Part shown: piece after piece, positions 42,542-51,108 of the stretch
Layout of the letters: each line of letters opens with the position of its first letter
Position numbering within the stretch: position 1 is the stretch's first letter
From: Nitrospirota bacterium
GTDB lineage: Bacteria > Nitrospirota > Thermodesulfovibrionia > Thermodesulfovibrionales > Dissulfurispiraceae
NCBI GenBank assembly: GCA_963710375.1
Contig: CAVPZX010000005.1
Coordinates: 160,001 to 224,000 of the forward strand
DNA length: 64,000 bases
Reading direction: 5' to 3'
Position numbers and translations under genes: made by a program
The notes under the pieces: model-generated
What the model was told of the DNA's origin: nothing
What the model saw: the letters and a program-made list of their open reading frames with translations, nothing else
Database searches by the model: none

Positions 42542-42775
42542 ATGTTTTTGCAATTGGCAAATTTGGCATCAAAATTGCTCTCTATATAAATAAAATTCAA
42601 GGGTAATAATTTTTTTAGACTCAGTGAAAAAAGGGTTGTTCTTTTTGAATGGATATGGTATATATATCATACTTTGTGTTTTCTATTATATATTTGATCG
42701 GGTTGCAACGGTACTTTAAACATCACGTCCGCGGGAGAGGATTGAGGCGTGGGGTAATAGGGCTGTATTAATCAC

Positions 42776-42804
42776 TTGACAAGAAGATATAATTTAATTA
42801 TTAT
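42776..42804 (+). promoter_or_regulatory. Near-consensus sigma70 promoter, implying a ~200-nt leader
   Basis: TTGACA-17-TATTAT. Confidence 0.65.
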
Positions 42805-43016
42805 TAGTGCATCTTTAAAGCTTTAGGCAGAGGCGGTAAATGTTTAAAATGAAATTAATCATCGGTTGTTATTTAGGGTTAGAGTAAATGAAATTCAGTA
42901 ATCAAGGAGGTGATGAGAAAAGCCGATCCTTGGGAGAGTAAGGAAGCAGGAAGTGCGAACACTTTGCGGTTATCATCATTATTATTTATTATTTATCAAA
43001 AAAAGGAGGATTGAAA

Positions 43017-44591
43017 ATGACTAAGTTTTTAAAGGTTTCTTTTTTAGCAATGTTGATTGTTGCCGTAATGGCATTGCCGGCCTTTGCAGGCACCATTACA
43101 TTTTGGGGTTCACCTGGCGGTACAAGTGGTGCAGCTAATGTCAAATATTCAGTTGCCTTGGAGGCAATGAATGCTGCGAGAAATTTCACTATAACCAGTT
43201 CATCCGGGACAACCGGCTCCGGATACGCTAATGCGCCATTAAAAATCACCCCCGGCCAGCAATTGGCCAGCGGCTCATTGTTGACTATCACATTGGCAAA
43301 TGCCGCGTTTAATGCCGGAGCTACCGGAAGCGTACTTTTGTGCGCTGCTACCAGCGATACCGCGTCAGTAGACGTCCCTGTTGCGGCCCAGCAGCCTGCA
43401 GCAAACAGCGCAAGCTTGTCGTGGGTATTAGGTACTACAGTATCCACCGGCCAATTTCTCTTTGTGACAACGTCTGGGACAACATCTTGCAGTAACAGTA
43501 ATGCAAGCTTGAGTGTTCAGTTCCAGCCTGTCTCATCAGCAGCCTTGGCCTCGGTTTCTTATACTGTTTCCCTGAACTCAACCACGTATGACCAAAAATC
43601 GGCTGTCAATTTCGCTAACTTTGCTAGGGAGTTCACAACAGCTTACGCAAATTTACCTTCTACAATTGATTATACGACGAACAGCGCTTCAAACGGAGCC
43701 CATTTTGTTGTAGGTACAGGAGCTAATGCTGCCAACGCGGGTACGGCGAATATTGCTCGCGGCACGGTAGATTTTAGTGCTGAGGCCGTCGGCGCCACCG
43801 GTGCCAGCCTTTCAGTAGCAGGTATATTGTCCCTTCAGGATTCAGCATCCTGGCAGGGTGTGAAGGATGCTTATGTGCTTGGTAGTGCTGGTGGTGGTAA
43901 TAATTGTGCCGCCGCTGGGCCTGGAGCTAATAACGCGATAGTACAAGGCGCTGCAAATCTTGGCACTGGAACAGTGAACCTGGCTGTATCTTCAGCCGCA
44001 TTTAATGGTGCGGCGTCCTATGCTGCGGTTGCGTGCGTTGATGTGCTGGGCAATACTGTTCTTCAGTCCAGGTCGATCAAGGGATTCTACACTGTCAACG
44101 GTGGAGTCGCTGATGTTGATTCCGCGACACTCCTTATGACCTGGTCACCTAACGGTTATCAGGCAATAATTCCGTATATTAACGGATCCTCGACATTCGA
44201 CACGATATGCACCATCAGTAACCAGGGCGCAACTGCTGCACCTGCGACTGCTACTTTACTTTCAGCAGAGAGCATAGGCGCGGCTGGAGGATCTATTCCA
44301 ACAGGTGCACAGGGTATTAGCCTGGGTACAGTGCCGGCTAATGGACTAATACGTGTAGACTTTACTTCATCAATTACGCCTTACACGTATAGCGGTGGTG
44401 TTGAGACCGCAGGCACGGCAGTTGCGATTCCTGGCGTCCAGGGTAATGACAGGATGTCTGTCATACTGAATGTCGGAGCAGGTGTAACTGCGATTCAGAC
44501 AAATTGCATTCAAACGGATACCCTTGCTGGTGTCAAGAGAAATGTGCCGGTGCTGACGCAAACCAGTGGCACAGTTCCATGGCAGCAGTAA
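43017..44591 (+). CDS. Secreted Ala/Thr/Ser/Gly/Val-rich protein, probable S-layer protein
   Basis: Sec signal ending AFA, few charged residues, AGGAGG RBS, own promoter and terminator, follows the T2SS operon. Confidence 0.6.
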   Translation: MTKFLKVSFLAMLIVAVMALPAFAGTITFWGSPGGTSGAANVKYSVALEAMNAARNFTITSSSGTTGSGYANAPLKITPGQQLASGSLLTITLANAAFNAGATGSVLLCAATSDTASVDVPVAAQQPAANSASLSWVLGTTVSTGQFLFVTTSGTTSCSNSNASLSVQFQPVSSAALASVSYTVSLNSTTYDQKSAVNFANFAREFTTAYANLPSTIDYTTNSASNGAHFVVGTGANAANAGTANIARGTVDFSAEAVGATGASLSVAGILSLQDSASWQGVKDAYVLGSAGGGNNCAAAGPGANNAIVQGAANLGTGTVNLAVSSAAFNGAASYAAVACVDVLGNTVLQSRSIKGFYTVNGGVADVDSATLLMTWSPNGYQAIIPYINGSSTFDTICTISNQGATAAPATATLLSAESIGAAGGSIPTGAQGISLGTVPANGLIRVDFTSSITPYTYSGGVETAGTAVAIPGVQGNDRMSVILNVGAGVTAIQTNCIQTDTLAGVKRNVPVLTQTSGTVPWQQ

Positions 44592-44616
44592 AAATGTAGT
44601 AATAGGTCTTTCAGAG

Positions 44617-44646
44617 AAGAGGCGGACTTTTGTCCGCCTCTTTTTT
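44617..44646 (+). terminator. Intrinsic terminator
   Basis: AAGAGGCGGAC-tttt-GTCCGCCTCTT followed by a T run. Confidence 0.9.
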
Positions 44647-44657
44647 GTATAAAAATT

Positions 44658-44681
44658 AACCACAGAGACATAGAGTCAGAG
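44658..44681. repeat. Solo left arm of the CACAGAGA element
   Basis: aaccacagagacatagagtcagag. Confidence 0.6.
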
Positions 44682-44684
44682 GGG

Positions 44685-45179
44685 ATGAAAGAGGGAGGTA
44701 TAAAATTGGGCTCTAAAAAGTCATTAATATGCATTTTTTTGTTTTCTGCCGTGGTACTTTTCTTAACGGATGCGCGCTCTGAAGAAAATCATTGGAAGTT
44801 TATGGGCAAGACAAAGGACACCCATTATCTTATATATTACGATACAGCGAACGTTGACTACATAAGAAAAGACTATGTGCGTGTGAGACTTAAAAAGGAA
44901 CTCTCGGAAGAGGGATTAGTGCAGTTCAGGAAGGATTTCTATTCTTCTGTTAAAACCGCCGAGGAACAGTCAGGAGGCAAAGTGGAAAACCCGGAGCCCC
45001 TTTTGAAAGCGTTGGCAAAACACGAGACAAAGGAGTATCCAATCGATATTGACTGCTCCAGCAATGAGTTGAAAGTGCAGCCTGACAAGATGTCGGCAAT
45101 CAATATTGTTGTTGTCGATGAAATACAGGCAGGTACGGCATTTGAGAAAATAAGAGACGAGGTTTGCCCGAAAAAATGA
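44685..45179 (+). CDS. Hypothetical exported protein
   Basis: Signal peptide; W....Y.D pattern and two Cys. Confidence 0.65.
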   Translation: MKEGGIKLGSKKSLICIFLFSAVVLFLTDARSEENHWKFMGKTKDTHYLIYYDTANVDYIRKDYVRVRLKKELSEEGLVQFRKDFYSSVKTAEEQSGGKVENPEPLLKALAKHETKEYPIDIDCSSNELKVQPDKMSAINIVVVDEIQAGTAFEKIRDEVCPKK

Positions 45180-45230
45180 GGAGCCTGTCGGCTTGCTTTT
45201 TTGTTATTCTCTGTTTTATTATTCAACTCC

Positions 45231-47141
45231 ATGTCTAAATCAAAAGAAAAATCAAAAGAAAACCACTCGACAGTAATGCGAAAGGAGATGGCCTCAGAGG
45301 GGACCGCAGACAGTATTGTCGTCCATGAATATCCTTCCGTCGTAGAGTGGTTTAAGACCGTTGCAACCAACATAACCAACAACTGGTTCATTATCGGACT
45401 GGCGATATTCGCGGTATTTGTTGCTTTCATGTTTTATTATCCATCGGTGGGTGGCGACGAAGACATTTGGTTTCATATCAGATATGGATATCACTTTGTC
45501 CATAACATGACATGGAAGATAAACCACGCACAGTTCAACTGGATCCCTTTTGAACCTAATTTCAAGTATGTGACCTGGATAGGAAGCTCCATACTTTATA
45601 TATTCTATGCTCTGATGTCGCATTACGGGCTCTATCTGCTCCAATACATAGTCATAGGCTCTATTGTGGGCTGCTTCCTTTATTTCCTTAAAAAAACAGC
45701 ATACCGCTTCGATATTACAAGTCTGCTGGCAATGCTGGCTGTCCTTCTGGTTTTGAACCTCAAATACCTCTATATCAAGCCGGATATGTTCAGCGGATTG
45801 TTGTTTACCGTTGCCTGCATGCTTTACTATAAGGTCAAGGAAACCGGAAACTGGAGACTGTTTTATGTCTATCCGCCGATGTTCCTCCTCTGGGTTAATA
45901 CTCATGGCGGCTTCATAGTGGGACTATTCTTTATAAGCGCCGCACTCGGATGCGAATTCGTTAATTCCTTCATATTCAGGAATGCGAGACTCGACAACAA
46001 AAGCCTTCTGCATTTTGCGTTAAACGTTGTCCTTAGCTATGCCGTTATCGGTATAAACCCTGAAGGCTATGGCTACTTTACAGGCATAATCAGCGATTTT
46101 TTCTCTCCGGGGATGAAAACGACAGAGGCAATCATAGCTGAATATGGCAGCATGTGGGGCACTCTTTTGCTTAAACCTGCAGGTTTCAGGTTTAAATTTG
46201 CAGCATTTTCAATGCTCGCTATGCTTGTAGTGTTTATCGGAATATGCATTTATCTTATCAAGAAGAAGAAATTCTTTGATATGCCGTCCGTCTTTCTTGT
46301 TGTCTTTTTCTATATCTTTGCAATGTCCATTGTTCGCGCATCCCAATATTATCCCCTTATCTGGTTCTTTGCCTTTTTTTACGTTTATAAGCGGTTCGAT
46401 GCCGTAAAGATCAAAGGCGTCTTCAACTTTATATCCCTGTTAATAATATTCATGTTGTGCTTTAGAATAGTCAATTTGGCGCTTGTTGATTATGACTCGA
46501 TTGCATGGTTTGGCACCAACTGGGAGGAAAGCTACCCTGTCAAGGAAGTGCAATACATAAAGAAGGCGAACCCTCCGGGCAATTTGTGGAATGATTACTT
46601 GACGGGAGGCTATCTCTTATGGGCACTGTATCCCAAATACAAGGTCTTCGTCGATCCGCGCTACGGCGGATACATGGCAAACTTTATGCCCACGGCCGAG
46701 GAGTATAAAGATGCTAAAGGACTGGAGGCGTATACAAAGAGGTTCCCCTTCAAGGTGGCCATCGTGGCTTATCATGAAACTCAGATTATCGAATGGCTTC
46801 TGAAAGCGGATTGGAGGATTGCCTTCCTGGACAAGAACGCCCTGGTAATTGTCAATAAGTCGGTGATCCCCGAGCTGTCGAAAGCTGCCCTGGAAGAGGA
46901 CGTCAGCACCAATAGATTTTTGAATGTCGATAACCCCAACATTCTCAGGACATTGTTTAATTTCTATGTAAACCTTGGTCCAAGTTTCGGAAGGGAGATT
47001 ATAGAAATATACCAGAGGAACGTCAGAACAATCTACAGGAACAGGGATTCCGATCTGAACAACATGCGGAATTTTCTTGAACAGAAAGAGGCCGAGATAG
47101 CTGCGCAGAAAGGCAAAGGCAAGACTGGACAAACAAAATGA
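45231..47141 (+). CDS. Polytopic membrane protein, GT-C-like
   Basis: D.WFH...G, LW.N.HGGF, GGYL.W, FVD.R. Confidence 0.65.
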   Translation: MSKSKEKSKENHSTVMRKEMASEGTADSIVVHEYPSVVEWFKTVATNITNNWFIIGLAIFAVFVAFMFYYPSVGGDEDIWFHIRYGYHFVHNMTWKINHAQFNWIPFEPNFKYVTWIGSSILYIFYALMSHYGLYLLQYIVIGSIVGCFLYFLKKTAYRFDITSLLAMLAVLLVLNLKYLYIKPDMFSGLLFTVACMLYYKVKETGNWRLFYVYPPMFLLWVNTHGGFIVGLFFISAALGCEFVNSFIFRNARLDNKSLLHFALNVVLSYAVIGINPEGYGYFTGIISDFFSPGMKTTEAIIAEYGSMWGTLLLKPAGFRFKFAAFSMLAMLVVFIGICIYLIKKKKFFDMPSVFLVVFFYIFAMSIVRASQYYPLIWFFAFFYVYKRFDAVKIKGVFNFISLLIIFMLCFRIVNLALVDYDSIAWFGTNWEESYPVKEVQYIKKANPPGNLWNDYLTGGYLLWALYPKYKVFVDPRYGGYMANFMPTAEEYKDAKGLEAYTKRFPFKVAIVAYHETQIIEWLLKADWRIAFLDKNALVIVNKSVIPELSKAALEEDVSTNRFLNVDNPNILRTLFNFYVNLGPSFGREIIEIYQRNVRTIYRNRDSDLNNMRNFLEQKEAEIAAQKGKGKTGQTK

Positions 47142-47914
47142 AGGTTGTTATTTTAGCAGGGGGGCTTGGCACACGTCTGAGCGAAGAGACTGATATAAAA
47201 CCCAAGCCGATGGTCGAGATAGGCGGAAAGCCTATCCTCTGGCATATCATGAAGATTTATTCTCACTATGGTTTCAATGATTTCATCATCTGCCTCGGCT
47301 ATAAAGGCTATGTCATAAAGGAATACTTCGCCAACTATTTCCTTCATCAGTCCGATGTTACTATAGATTTGAGCGTCAACAAGCTGGAGGTCCATAACTG
47401 TAAGGCAGAGCCCTGGAGGATTACCCTTATAGAGACAGGATTGAACACGAATACAGGAGGCAGGATAAAGAGAATAAAAGATTATGTCGGCGAAGAGACC
47501 TTTATGCTTACCTACGGAGATGGCGTTGCTGATGTAGATATAGGTGGACTCCTGGAGTTTCACAAATCTCACGACAAGGCAGCTACAATCACCTCAGTTC
47601 AGCCTACTGGCAGATACGGTGCATTGGAACTTGATGAAAAGAGTAGAGTGACAAATTTTCAGGAAAAACCGCAAGGCGATGGGGCGTGGGTAAACGGCGG
47701 CTTTTTTGTATTGGAGCCTGAGGTATTTGATTATATATCCGGGGATGAAATCATATGGGAAAGGGAACCGCTCGAATATTTAGCGAGTCACGGTCAGCTC
47801 GATGCATATAAACACCAGGGATTCTGGAAATGTATGGATACCCTTCGCGACAAGACAGAGTTGGAAACCCTCTGGAGTTCCCGAAACGCACCCTGGAAGA
47901 AATGGAACGACTAA
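47138..47914 (+). CDS. rfbF: Glucose-1-phosphate cytidylyltransferase
   Basis: LAGGLGTRLSEET..PKPM, TGGR, TYGDG, FW.CMDTLRD. Confidence 0.96.
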   Translation: MKVVILAGGLGTRLSEETDIKPKPMVEIGGKPILWHIMKIYSHYGFNDFIICLGYKGYVIKEYFANYFLHQSDVTIDLSVNKLEVHNCKAEPWRITLIETGLNTNTGGRIKRIKDYVGEETFMLTYGDGVADVDIGGLLEFHKSHDKAATITSVQPTGRYGALELDEKSRVTNFQEKPQGDGAWVNGGFFVLEPEVFDYISGDEIIWEREPLEYLASHGQLDAYKHQGFWKCMDTLRDKTELETLWSSRNAPWKKWND

Positions 47915-47918
47915 ATAT

Positions 47919-48014
47919 GAAGTTGAGAAATTGAGAAGATGTGAAGATGAGAAAAAGAAATGTAAGCCTGATTTGTTGTCGCGCACCTTCTCACCTTCTC
48001 AGCTTCCCATCTTC
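47919..48014. repeat. Octamer hairpin element directly upstream of the four-helix-bundle gene
   Basis: gaagttga gaaattga gaagatgt gaagatga ... gcaccttc tcaccttc tcagcttc ccatcttc. Confidence 0.92.
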
Positions 48015-48028
48015 GGATCGCCGAAGGT

Positions 48029-48433
48029 GTGATGGTGGGCAATAGTCAGAAAATAAAAAGTGTTAGGGATTTGGATGTTTATAAGATGGCTTTCAATGCG
48101 GCAATGGACATTTGGCAGATAACAAACGGTTTTCCCAAAGAAGAAAAATATTCTCTTGTAGATCAAATAAGGCGTTCTTCAAGATCTGTATGTTCAAATC
48201 TTGCAGAAGCGTGGCGAAAGAGGCGATATAAAGCCGTGTTCAAGAATAAGTTGACTGATGCTATGCAAGAGGCTTCTGAAACGCAGACATGGCTGGAGTT
48301 CAGTGTTGCTTGTAAATATGTTGATCAAAATAAATTTGATGACTTTGATCAAAAATATGAACATATATTAGCTATGTTGAATAATATGGACTTGAAAGCT
48401 GAATCCTTCTGCTTCTCAACTTCTGATAAATAA
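48029..48433 (+). CDS. Four helix bundle protein (23S rRNA IVP / TIGR02436-like)
   Basis: DL.VY, FP.EE.YSL.DQIRRSSRSV..N.AE.W, E..ET.TWL. Confidence 0.93.
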   Translation: MMVGNSQKIKSVRDLDVYKMAFNAAMDIWQITNGFPKEEKYSLVDQIRRSSRSVCSNLAEAWRKRRYKAVFKNKLTDAMQEASETQTWLEFSVACKYVDQNKFDDFDQKYEHILAMLNNMDLKAESFCFSTSDK

Positions 48434-49638
48434 TGTTTAGGGACGTATATAGAGGTAAGCAAGTATTAATCACTGGTCACACGGGATTCAAAGGCTCTTG
48501 GCTTGCCCTGTGGCTCAGAGAGTTAGGAGCGAATATAATCGGTTATTCCCTTGATCCACCTACAAACCCCAATCATTTTGATTTGCTAGCCTCTTCTCAG
48601 GTTCTCACCTTCTCATCTTCTCAACTTCCCAACTTCATCTCTATTTTCGGAGATATACGGGATGTAAAGAAGCTGAATCAGACCTTTCAGAACTATAAGC
48701 CTGATATAGTCTTCCACCTCGCTGCACAACCTCTCGTCAGGTATTCATATAAACATCCGCTCGATACATTTGAGACAAATGTGATAGGGACAATAAATGT
48801 TCTTGAAGCTTGCAGACAGACTGAATCAGTCAGGGCAGTAGTAAATATAACGAGCGACAAGTGCTATGAAAACAAAGAATGGGTATGGGGCTATCGTGAG
48901 AGTGACCCGTTTGGCGGTTACGACCCCTACAGCGCATCAAAAAGTTGCGCAGAGCTTGTGACTAACTGTTACAGGCGCTCTTTCTTTATAACTGAAACTG
49001 AGAAGTTGAGAAGGTGTGAAGGTGAGAGTAAAGCCGAAGGACTCACAACTTCTCAACTTCTCAACTTCACAACTTCAGTCCTTTTAGCCAGCGCAAGAGC
49101 GGGCAATGTCATAGGCGGCGGAGATTGGGCAGCGGACAGATTGATTCCCGACATTATGAGGGCGGTCAGCCGGAATAAGAAGGTTGTTATCAGAAATCCC
49201 AAGTCAACCCGTCCCTGGCAGCATGTGCTGGAGCCGTTGTCAGGTTATCTGGCGCTTGGGCAGAAGCTCTTGGAAGGGAAATCGGAATTTGCCGATGGGT
49301 GGAATTTTGGGCCTGATGATGAAAGCAACATATGTGTTGAAGAAGTTGCAGAAAAGATGACCAGCTTCTGGCATAAAATTGGTTACCAACGCAAACCATT
49401 TAAACATCCAAGCCTCCGGCCATCCGACCCTCATGAGGCTGGTCTGTTAAAACTTGACTGCTCGAAAGCCCATTCAAGGCTTGAGTGGAAACCTGTCTGG
49501 GATATTAAGAAAACGCTTGTAATGACCGCTCAATGGTATAAAGAGTTTTACGAACGTGATGGAATAATGAGTCAGAAGGATTTGGATGAGTATATTCTGA
49601 ATGCGAAGGAAAAAGGTTTGCGTTGGGCAGTTGATTGA
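48433..49638 (+). CDS. rfbG: CDP-glucose 4,6-dehydratase with in-frame repeat inserts
   Basis: TGHTGFKGSWL, HLAAQPLV, YSASK, RAGNVIGGGDW, RPWQHVLEP. Confidence 0.96.
   Translation: MFRDVYRGKQVLITGHTGFKGSWLALWLRELGANIIGYSLDPPTNPNHFDLLASSQVLTFSSSQLPNFISIFGDIRDVKKLNQTFQNYKPDIVFHLAAQPLVRYSYKHPLDTFETNVIGTINVLEACRQTESVRAVVNITSDKCYENKEWVWGYRESDPFGGYDPYSASKSCAELVTNCYRRSFFITETEKLRRCEGESKAEGLTTSQLLNFTTSVLLASARAGNVIGGGDWAADRLIPDIMRAVSRNKKVVIRNPKSTRPWQHVLEPLSGYLALGQKLLEGKSEFADGWNFGPDDESNICVEEVAEKMTSFWHKIGYQRKPFKHPSLRPSDPHEAGLLKLDCSKAHSRLEWKPVWDIKKTLVMTAQWYKEFYERDGIMSQKDLDEYILNAKEKGLRWAVD
48591..48636. repeat. Single octamer arm in frame in rfbG (SSQVLTFSSSQLPNF)
   Basis: tcaggttc tcaccttc tcatcttc tcaacttc ccaacttc. 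Confidence 0.9.
48991..49079. repeat. Octamer hairpin in frame in rfbG (TETEKLRRCEGE..TTSQLLNFTTS)
   Basis: actgaaactgagaagttgagaaggtgtgaaggtgagagt / actcacaacttctcaacttctcaacttcacaacttcagt. Confidence 0.95.
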
Positions 49639-49662
49639 GCAGGTTTGTCGGAAGACTCCTAC

Positions 49663-51108
49663 ATGGAAAGAAGAGAACAACTAAAACAGGAAATATTTGA
49701 GAGAATAAGGGCATTTTATCAGCTTGTGCATGAGACATCCCACAATGCAGAGTTTGTTGCAGGCAAAAGTCGCATAAACTATGCAGGCCGGGTATTTGAT
49801 GAAGAAGAGATGATTAATCTTGTCGATAGTTCCCTTGATTTCTGGCTTACAACAGGCAAATATGCCGAAAGGTTTGAAAAAGAATTTGCAGATTTCCTTG
49901 GAGTGAAATATTGCTCTCTTGTCAATTCAGGGTCTTCAGCTAATCTCCTCGCGTTTATGGCGTTAACATCTCCGAAGCTCGGTGATAGAAGCATTCAGAG
50001 GGGCAATGAGGTCATAACAGTAGCAGCAGGTTTCCCAACCACAGTCGCTCCCATCATTCAGTATGGCGCTGTGCCGGTATTTGTTGATGTTACGCTGCCG
50101 GCATACAACATAGATTGTTCGCAGCTCGAAAATGCACTATCAGATAAAACAAAGGCTGTAATGGTCGCGCATACCCTCGGCAATCCCTTCGATATCCGGA
50201 CGGTAAAAACGTTCTGCGATAAACATAATCTCTGGCTCATCGAGGATAACTGCGACGCTCTTGGCAGTAAATACCGAAGGTGGGAAGTTGAGAAGGTGAG
50301 AAGTTGTGAACGTGAGAAGGCAGGCCCAACTTCACAACTTCACAACTTCCCACCTTCGGAGCTTTACGGCTACACCGGGACTTTCGGGCATATTGGAACG
50401 TCGAGTTTTTATCCGCCCCATCATATGACTATGGGAGAAGGCGGCGCTGTTTATACGAACGATATTCAGCTCAAAGGGATAATAGATTCTTTCCGTGACT
50501 GGGGCAGGGACTGCTGGTGTGTGTCGGGTAAAGACGATACATGCAAAAAACGCTTTAAATGGCAGCTCGGAGAACTTCCTTACGGATATGATCACAAATA
50601 TATCTATTCCCATTTCGGGTATAACTTAAAGGTTACCGACATGCAGGCGGCTATAGGCTGTGCGCAACTCGAAAAGCTGCCCTTTTTTATTGAAGCAAGA
50701 AAGAAAAACTGGAGTCTTCTGAGGGACGGGCTGCATGACCTTTCAGATAAGTTTATCCTGCCTGAGCCTACTGCGAATTCAGAGCCATCCTGGTTTGGGT
50801 TCCTGTTGACTGTGAAGGAGAGCGCGGGTTTTACGAGGGATGAGATAGTGAATTATCTTGAATCAAATAACATCCAGACACGTATGCTCTTTGCAGGAAA
50901 TATACTGAAGCATCCCTGCTTCGATGAAATGAGAAAAACCGGCCACGGTTTCCGTGTCATTAGGGACTTACCGGTAACTGACCGCATAATGCGCGACAGT
51001 TTTTGGGTTGGGGTCTATCCGGGGATGAAAGAAGAGGCGATCGAATATGTCATGCAAAAGATAAAAGAGTATGCAAGACATGAACAATCGATTCCCGGTT
51101 TAGGGTAA
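49663..51108 (+). CDS. rfbH: CDP-4-keto-6-deoxyglucose 3-dehydrase (RfbH/DdhC) with an in-frame repeat insert
   Basis: NSGSSANL, EDNCDALG, SFYPPHH.T.GEGG (His in place of the PLP Lys), RDCWC..G.D.TC. Confidence 0.95.
   Translation: MERREQLKQEIFERIRAFYQLVHETSHNAEFVAGKSRINYAGRVFDEEEMINLVDSSLDFWLTTGKYAERFEKEFADFLGVKYCSLVNSGSSANLLAFMALTSPKLGDRSIQRGNEVITVAAGFPTTVAPIIQYGAVPVFVDVTLPAYNIDCSQLENALSDKTKAVMVAHTLGNPFDIRTVKTFCDKHNLWLIEDNCDALGSKYRRWEVEKVRSCEREKAGPTSQLHNFPPSELYGYTGTFGHIGTSSFYPPHHMTMGEGGAVYTNDIQLKGIIDSFRDWGRDCWCVSGKDDTCKKRFKWQLGELPYGYDHKYIYSHFGYNLKVTDMQAAIGCAQLEKLPFFIEARKKNWSLLRDGLHDLSDKFILPEPTANSEPSWFGFLLTVKESAGFTRDEIVNYLESNNIQTRMLFAGNILKHPCFDEMRKTGHGFRVIRDLPVTDRIMRDSFWVGVYPGMKEEAIEYVMQKIKEYARHEQSIPGLG
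50274..50359. repeat. Octamer hairpin in frame in rfbH
   Basis: ccgaaggtgggaagttg... / ...caacttcccaccttcgg; outer 17 bp perfectly complementary. Confidence 0.95.

Noticed and set aside
48029..48433. Diversity-generating retroelement suggested by the Avd-like fold
   Set aside because: No reverse transcriptase and no TR/VR pair with adenine-specific differences seen in the window.
48991..50359. Inteins or self-splicing introns as the source of the in-frame inserts
   Set aside because: The inserts are about 15-30 aa, lack C/S...HN splice motifs and are too short for group I/II cores.
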